From Phoronis australis (Eukaryota; Animalia; Phoronida), in contig NMRA01000095.1 in assembly GCA_002633005.1 (NCBI GenBank), forward strand, positions 425,901 to 489,900: DNA of 64,000 nucleotides. Reading direction: 5' to 3'. The stretch's first letter is position 1. The number at the start of each line of letters is the position of its first letter. Shown here one piece after another: positions 57,015 through 64,000 of the stretch. A model generated the notes under the pieces. The model was not told the origin of the DNA. It saw nothing but the letters and a program-made list of their open reading frames with translations, and did not search any database. Both the position numbers and the translations under genes were made by a program.

Positions 57015-57141
57015 CAGGTGCACATGTGGGTAAACTCAGGGTACATGACTGCTAACAGTCAGACTAACAACGACGACATGCCTTTGAATCTTACCAAACC
57101 AAAGAGCGAACAAAAACCAAAGGATGTTAATCACAACATAG
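57015..57141 (+). CDS. SoxD: Coding exon with PLNLT (CtBP-binding-like) motif, phase 0 to 1
   Basis: Tandem acceptor gCAGCAG and donor AG|GTGAGC. Translates QVHMWVNSGYMTANSQTNNDDMPLNLTKPKSEQKPKDVNHNI; vertebrate Sox6 uses PLNLS to bind CtBP2. Confidence 0.88.
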
Positions 57142-57182
57142 GTGAGCGGTAGTGGTCGTACTCAGTCACCCCTCTCCAAGAC

Positions 57183-57313
57183 CTCGGCCTGTAACCACCA
57201 AACTTTACTCTTATATCTACTCAAAGATTAACCAATCACAAGGCATGCTTTGAGTAAACGTTCACGGGATACAATTGGTTCATTCGAGTAAAGTTTGGTG
57301 GCCACAAGCCCTG
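57183..57313. mobile_element. Small palindromic MITE-like element
   Basis: Arm gcctgtaaccaccaaactttactc pairs with gagtaaagtttggtggccacaagc, with a 16-bp perfect core. Inner aaccaat/attggtt also pair. Confidence 0.65.
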
Positions 57314-57576
57314 ATCCTCAATATTTGACAAAGAATGGGACACAGTGTTTTTCAAATGGGACACAGTGTTTTTCTAGTGTTAGGGTGTCATCAGTTGTGC
57401 TTAGACAATTTTTCACTGTATTATTGAGTATAAATGTACATAAACAAGTATTGCTATAAACGTGTCTCATTATTTTCTATTTATGGCAACTTGTTCACGA
57501 ATGTGCTATTCTATTTCTGACTCAATTCTCTGTTCTATCCGTGTGCCATACAACATGGATCCTTATTTTCTTTCAG

Positions 57577-57690
57577 CCATGAGCGCGTCACACAGTGCTC
57601 ACAGCCAATCACAGCCCATTGTGACACCGCCTCCAGCACACAGTAACCACAAGAAGACGAGTATACCCGACATCATGCCACAGCACCTCG
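57577..57690 (+). CDS. SoxD: Coding exon, 114 nt, phase 1 to 1 (AMSASHSAH...PPPAHSNHKK...QHL)
   Basis: Acceptor ttattttctttcag, donor CG|GTAAGG, frame consistent with both neighbours. Confidence 0.85.
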
Positions 57691-57697
57691 GTAAGGC

Positions 57698-57985
57698 AAG
57701 CATGTCTCCGTCACAGGTCTACCTGTTGACTGGAAGCATGTCTCCGTCACAGGTCTACCTGTTGACTGGAATCATGTCTCCGTCACAGGTCTACCTGTTG
57801 ACTGGAAGCATGTCTCCGTCACAGGTCTACCTGTTGACTGCAAGCATGTCTCCGTCACAGGTCTACCTGTTGACTATAAGCATGTCTCCGTCACAGGTCT
57901 ACCTGTTGATTGCAAGCATGTCTCCGTCACAGGTCTACCTGTTGACTGCAAGCATGTCTCCGTCACAGGTCTACCTGTTGACTGG
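57698..57985. repeat. 36-bp minisatellite, 8 copies
   Basis: Unit AAGCATGTCTCCGTCACAGGTCTACCTGTTGACTGG, near-identical contiguous copies. Confidence 0.97.
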
Positions 57986-58404
57986 AATCAAGCTGTTGGT
58001 GTTAGTCGTGTTTGAAAGTATTCAATTGAATTTTGTACTTTAGACACAGTGACGACGACGATGACGGTGATAAATATAATGGTAATTATGCTCCCACGTG
58101 GGTGCACTATGCCGTCATCCCCGTCCAGCGTCCGCTGCTCTATCCCCAAAACCCTTTGATGTATGTTCATGAAATTTTGCTCATATGTTCCTTTCATGGA
58201 TGTGACATAATAATCAAATATTCAGACGGATCTGACTGTTGTGACGTGTGCTGTCTTTTCGCACTTGTGTTTTTACACGGTGTTCTGAGCAAGTGCATAA
58301 GAATTTTTTGTTTATTCATTTTTCTTGAGGACAAGTGCCTTTTCCCCACTGTGTTGGACAACATGAACAAATGTTTGATACTGAATTCACTCCGATTATT
58401 CCAG

Positions 58405-58559
58405 GTATCCCAGGAAAGAGTCCTGTTGCCGGGCAGCCATTGTTAAACAACCCATTTGCCAACCTGGCAGCCCACGTGCGTCCTCCAATGAGCCTTCCAC
58501 TGCCCTCACCACATCACACTGAACCCAAAAATTCCTTGTCACCATCAATGCTAGACAAG
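58405..58559 (+). CDS. SoxD: Coding exon (GIPGKSPV...SMLDK), phase 1 to 0
   Basis: Acceptor attattccag (a second in-frame AG lies 9 nt downstream), donor AAG|GTAAGG. Confidence 0.85.
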
Positions 58560-58708
58560 GTAAGGAAAATTCCACTGCATGGCTTCCTTTTCTGTTATGC
58601 ACCATGACACCATAACAGCAGCAACATTGTGCTTTCTGTTAAAAAAACAAGTTTTTAGTGGGGACATCATGAACTAAATTTTTAGAAGTCTTGTCTGAAA
58701 AAATAAGG

Positions 58709-58823
58709 AACTGCCAAAATAACGAAGTGCCACAAAATAACAAACAGCCAAAATAACGAACTGCCAAAATAACGAACTGCCAAAGTAACGAACTGCCAAA
58801 ATAACGTACTGCCAAAATAACGA
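58709..58823. repeat. 16-bp tandem repeat, about 7 copies
   Basis: Unit AACTGCCAAAATAACG with variants. Confidence 0.92.
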
Positions 58824-59232
58824 AATGTCTGTTCTTGCCAAAGCCAGAGGTCAGTTCTAAACTGAAAAAGAAACATGATGAGAACAATTTTATAACGGAA
58901 GTGGGCCTAAATAAAAGCTTTGTTTTTTGACAGAAAGAACAAGTTTAATGCCGCTTTAAAAGACAGTTGTTGAAGTTTCATATTTTACAAAAACTAAAGG
59001 TGTGAGAAGTCATGTGAAACATGTGTTAGTGCACAGAATCAAATGAATTATCAATGTTTTGATATTGTGCGCATGTCCCATGCTTTCTCCTGTCAACTAA
59101 AAATACCAAACGTGGAATAGAGTAGTTGCTTTTTCGTTTCCTACGATATGCTTCACACATTAGCTGCAATTCTAAGATGGCCTTAATTTCATGTAGGAGG
59201 TGTGTTATATCTTTGTTGTTGTGTGTTGACTA

Positions 59233-59262
59233 TGTGTGTGTGTGTGTGTGTGTGTGAGTGTG
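59233..59262. repeat. (TG)n microsatellite
   Basis: Direct reading. Confidence 0.92.
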
Positions 59263-59467
59263 TTTGAAGATTGCCACTCAAAAATCTTCTCAGTGTTCTT
59301 TATTTCACCAATACTTCATCTGTTTCCTTCATTAAATCCTTTTTGGTGTATAACATAGTGTTTTTAATTTGTTGTTAATAATCACTCGTTCACTTCTGTG
59401 TGTTTGATGCTCTCTGGCTAACCTTGCACTTATCTCACTGCTGCACTTGTTTTTCCACCCTTCACAG

Positions 59468-59717
59468 GTCAAATTGTCGACCTCTGACCTCTCAACTCTG
59501 TCTTGGCAGGAGAAATTGGTGCAGGAGGCACTAGCGCAGCAATTGCCCACGCACTCGCTGCACAGTGCCCTCTACCCCATGGCCATGCCCATGTACCTGC
59601 CGCGTCCCTCACTCGCCCCACAGATGGCGCAGCTGAGCCAGATCAGGACCCCGGCTGTGAAGGAGTCGCCAGTCGAGGACGAAGTACCGCAATCGCAATA
59701 CGTGCAGAATCTTCAGA
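59468..59717 (+). CDS. SoxD: Coding exon (EKLVQEALAQQL...YVQNLQ), phase 0 to 1; alternative start at 59510
   Basis: Acceptor tttttccacccttcacag, donor A|GTGAGT, open frame. Confidence 0.85.
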
Positions 59718-59916
59718 GTGAGTCTTCGTTTTGTGGGATTGTAAGAGTTCAACAGAAGGGGGTGTTAAACATGATAAAAGGCTGGCGTGACTTAGTTTTG
59801 TAATAACTCTCATTTGCTGTCTTAAGCCCTTCAATGTGGAGACAAAAATCAAGAGGAAGTGAAAAAGCATAGAAAATGACATTTTTGTTGCGAAGATTGA
59901 AAATAACTGAAACTGA

Positions 59917-60213
<297 letters not shown>

Positions 60214-60272
60214 TGAAAAATGTTCATGTCATCCGTATTGCCTCCTATATTGCTTTGATATCATCATAAATA

Positions 60273-60407
60273 GGATTCAGTATGGGAGACTGGTGGAGCC
60301 TGGTCAACTTGATATTTGGATTCAGTATGGGAGACTGGTGGAGCCTGGTCAACTTGATATGTGGATTCAGTATGGGAGACTGTCGGAGCCTGGTCAACTT
60401 GATATGT
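60273..60407. repeat. 45-bp tandem repeat, 3 copies, inside the HMG-box intron
   Basis: Unit GGATTCAGTATGGGAGACTGGTGGAGCCTGGTCAACTTGATATKT starting at 60273, 60318 and 60363. Confidence 0.95.
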
Positions 60408-60701
60408 GGATCCACGTAGTGCCATTTAAGCTTTGTAGGTGACACAGAGACTCTAGTGGCTTTATCAAGAACTCTTGTTGTGCGTTGCAATACATTTTAA
60501 GCATTTATTGAAACATGACTTTACCTCGAGTGCAGCTAAATAGCAAAAGAGTCCTTCGATGCTGAAGCTCTTGTTAGTAATTAGAGGAATTATCTTGTTT
60601 TATGAAATATCCGATGATATTTGATTGCTAATTTGCTGATCTCATCGCTCTCCAGTGTCACATGCTCACTGTGCATCATGGCTTCTTGTTGTATGATTCA
60701 G

Positions 60702-60807
60702 GAGCAAAATGGAAGTCAATGAGTAATGCGGAGAAACAGCCGTTCTATGAAGAACAGTCACGCCTGAGCAAACTGCATATGGAGAAACACCCTGACTATC
60801 GCTACAG
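60702..60807 (+). CDS. SoxD: HMG-box exon 2 ([36 protein letters not shown])
   Basis: Read directly from sequence (not in the ORF track). Acceptor gattcag, donor AG|GTAAGT, phase 1 to 2. Confidence 0.97.
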
Positions 60808-62212
60808 GTAAGTTGATTGTGGTTTACATGTCTTCGTGCCCAAGAACGTCACATACATGTTGACCATTTTTATTTCTGTGATGCTAAAAACGCCAGGTTG
60901 GGCATGAATTAAGCAGCGCGATTTCATAAAAAATATTTTGGAAAGGAAAGTTTCTCAACCTGCGTTTTTTATCGAAGCCATCTCAGAAAGATGTGTGTTT
61001 TCCTTTTCGTTTGGTTTAGTTTTAATATTGTAGTAGTTATTTACTAATTCGCGAAGACGGTCATCTAGGCAGTGTCCTGACTCCACCCATCTTATTGCAA
61101 GGTCACAGGTCAAAACCTGACATGCATTTTACCTTTGACCTTCTGTTTTTGATAGGCCAAGTCGCAAAACCGGGTGAGCATAAATCCCTTTACAGCTTGC
61201 AGCATGACCTGTGAAAATATATATTTTTTCACTGACTTTCACAGTAGTTAGAATTCACCCAGTCAAAGGCATTTGGCGAGTCAATCAAAGACTGGTTATG
61301 GTCATTAATGCATGCTGCCATGTGGCAATCATTTTACTGTTATCTACACTTCTTCTAAGAACACGGAACCATCTTCTGCTTTGGGTGTCAGTATGACCGA
61401 CTGGAATTTTTGAACTGGAGAAGATGCTTTGTTGCCCATCAGTGTCACTACTCTGGCTGTCCATCAATGTCACTACTCTGGCTGTCCTCAATGTTGTACT
61501 GCAATTATCGTCTGCTTTAGTTTTACTACCTCACTGCAAAATTTTCAGCTTTTCTTCATTGTTTCTGGTTGACGTATTCTTTACCTGTTGCCGGTCTACT
61601 GCCTGGGTTGTGCATGTACTCCGTCAGTGTCTGAGTTGGCGTTGTTGCCAAGAACATATCCAAGCAATGCTTTGCTCACTAACAGAATGCCAAATTTGCA
61701 AGTGCATGACTGTTGCAAATATCTTCAGCGGAATGTTAGTGCGTATGATACAGAGTAGAATTTGTCATTTTTCAGCTCAAATTTTGGCGTATGTTGAGAT
61801 ACCAACAAAGTGTGATTGCAACCAGCATTAACTAGTCTCTTTTGTGAACATAGCTGTCATTGGTTCTCTCACATGACTGTGAACATGGCTGTCATTGGTT
61901 CTCTTACATGACTGCAGCTAGTTTAAGTTTAACACACAATCTGTAGTATCTGTAGTGCGTGTGCAAACTAGAAATTTTACATTGGTCCTGACTTTCATAT
62001 GCTTTACTTTTAAAAGTAAAAAAAAAAAACAATGTAATGTTGATAGATAGTAAAGCATCGATTTTAGCGTTGCTTAAATGCTGGTGTCAGATTTTGTTTC
62101 GCTTTCTGTATTGTTGTGATAATTTGTCTGGTAGCACTTTGTCGTATCTTGTTTTTGCTAAGTGTGTGTGCCTCCTGTTATTAAAAACCCCATTGTGTTT
62201 TTGTCGTTTCAG

Positions 62213-62355
62213 GCCACGACCTAAGCGAACATGTATTGTTGACGGTAAAAAGCTGAGGATCTCTGAGTACAAGAACATCGTGAAGCACAGACGACACGAT
62301 GTCAGAAATGTATTGTATGGCGACCTAGGGAGCTCCTACGTCGAGGGTCTGTTAG
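62213..62355 (+). CDS. SoxD: HMG tail exon ([21 protein letters not shown]...VEGLL)
   Basis: SoxD-type post-HMG motif. Acceptor ttgtcgtttcag, donor AG|GTAAAC, phase 2 to 1. Confidence 0.95.
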
Positions 62356-62639
62356 GTAAACACTACTAACTTCCTGTAGTCGGAACATTCTGGTTGGTAG
62401 TGTGCGGAAGTTGGTGGAAAGTTAAGTCTGGCAATGCATTGCATAGCGCAAGTTTCTTACAAAAAAAATCGGGATCTCACAAGATAACGCGAAATCACGC
62501 ATGTTTCTGGAGTTAATTGAGCTCACATTATCAAAATGAAATGATTGGTCGGTGAAGCTGGAATGTTGAATTGCGGGAGTAAGCTATAAGTCAAATGATG
62601 TTTCCATTCCACAAGTCAAGATTTGTTGCCATAAGTGTT

Positions 62640-63061
62640 CATGGTTCTTATAGTCTTGAAAAGCCTGTGAATTTAGAGTCTTAGCCTTGAATAGTCATTG
62701 AATTTAATTCTGATCTTGAAAAAGCCTCAAATTTCAACTTTTAGCCTTGCAAATATGTGAAAGGCCTTAATTAAAAGTAGAGTTTTGTATTTTGTTTGAA
62801 AATATTACCTTTTTTAAATAACATGATTAGCAGTATTTTATCTTGTATTGAATCCATTAAAGGGATTAGAATGTTTACTATCAAGTTTGCCAATTTAATT
62901 TCCTCGTTTTAAATATTTTCCAGTTACAAAAGGGGAGGTTGGAGTTAATGCACACAAAGTTGAAAAAAATGGTCTTGAATATGCATTGAGTACACCTTGA
63001 ACTACCCTGAAATCCTTGAAAAGTCGATGAATTTCTTGGTCAAAGTTTAGTATGAACTATG
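62640..63061. mobile_element. MITE-like non-autonomous DNA transposon
   Basis: Imperfect TIRs CATGGTTCTTAT / GTATGAACTATG (9/12 match), many subterminal (C/T)CTTGAA motifs, and a flanking GTGTT direct repeat on both sides. Confidence 0.65.
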
Positions 63062-63597
63062 GTGTTGTGCAGTCTGTCCGTAATATGTACACCTGATTCT
63101 TGGATGCTAAACACGCTTGCTTTGATTTGAATCCCTGTTGTTATTTGATTCACATGGTTGAAACATTTTGATCTTTGCTTAAAACTACTGCGGTCCAGAG
63201 AACGGGCACGATCACGTTGAACTTTATCTAGTTATTTCAAGGTTATGGGCGACAGTTTTCTGAATTTTTCACAAAATCTTGTGGACAGTTACTAGAAGTT
63301 GACCAGCAAAGACAACGAATTAAAAAGTAAAAAATGAATTAAAATAAAATGAAATAAAATAGGTATTGGTGTTGCCAATGTAGAATAAATTTCGTCTTAC
63401 AAATGTAATGTTGCGCTTAAAAAAGTTTGGTAAAAGTACAAACATGTCATGCATTACCCTTGCACACAACAGAAATGAGGACAGAAACAGAATTACATCA
63501 AAAAATATTTTCAAGTCTGACAAGTCAGTATAGCACTTTTTATTCAAAAATTAAAATTCTTTGCAAGGAGTAACCTGCATCTTGTTAATATTTGCAG

Positions 63598-63779
63598 CTC
63601 AAAAAGGAGCCAGCCTCTTGTCACCAACGACCTCTGTTGAGCAAGCGTTATTCCCAGGCAGTTCGGTGTTTACTACGTCTGCCATGTCAATGGTACCATC
63701 GAGCAATCAAGATATCTCCGATGATTCGCACGACGAAGAAGCATCAATGGACACTACAGAGGTCGCCGCGACCGGTTAA
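63598..63779 (+). CDS. SoxD: Last coding exon with acidic tail (DISDDSHDEEASMD) and TAA stop
   Basis: Acceptor atatttgcag in phase 1, matching the previous donor. Acidic C-termini are typical of SoxD proteins. Confidence 0.85.
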
Positions 63780-64000
63780 AAGCATACGGACAAACACAAT
63801 CCTTTTGCTGTGTGTGGTCTAGTCATAGAGTTATTGTGTGATATGTATTTGGACGTTCGAGGTTATATTCTAGATGTGATTTTTTACTAGTCATTTAAAC
63901 TCAGTCACATGGTTATAGGTTTCTTGAGTGTGAAAGTTATCATGTACATCTATTTATTAACGAACGAGAATATAATTTTCTGACAAAAACTTATGATAGT

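Noticed and set aside
57698-57985. CRISPR-like array (36-bp partly palindromic repeats)
   Set aside because: Units are contiguous with no unique spacers, there are no cas genes, and the context is a eukaryotic intron. It is a minisatellite.
57462-58043. 193-aa ORF as an independent gene
   Set aside because: It is intron plus the 114-nt SoxD exon plus the stop-free minisatellite.
58639-58887. Minus-strand repetitive ORFs
   Set aside because: By-product of the 16-bp tandem repeat.
60245-60490. Minus-strand ORF with 15-aa repeats
   Set aside because: By-product of the 45-bp tandem repeat.

Overview
AT-rich eukaryotic (invertebrate animal, probably lophotrochozoan; inferred) genomic DNA occupied by one large + strand gene, a SoxD-group HMG-box transcription factor (Sox5/6/13/Sox102F type). 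I reconstructed 11 GT-AG coding exons with consistent phases from ATG 38939 to TAA 63779 (1881 nt, about 626 aa). The protein has an MSSKRK start, a leucine-zipper-like segment, a PLNLT CtBP-type motif, and a three-exon HMG box followed by [15 protein letters not shown]. The chain needs a 25-nt microexon (47364-47388) to stay in frame. The first 39 kb is 5' intronic/regulatory sequence. It holds several candidate upstream exons that each add a short ATG-initiated peptide in frame with the main start. Introns contain dense clusters of Sox core motifs, minisatellites, MITE-like elements, dispersed repeats and a decayed RNase H-bearing non-LTR retrotransposon end. No prokaryotic genes, RNA genes or CRISPR arrays were seen. 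All calls were made by eye, without database searches.
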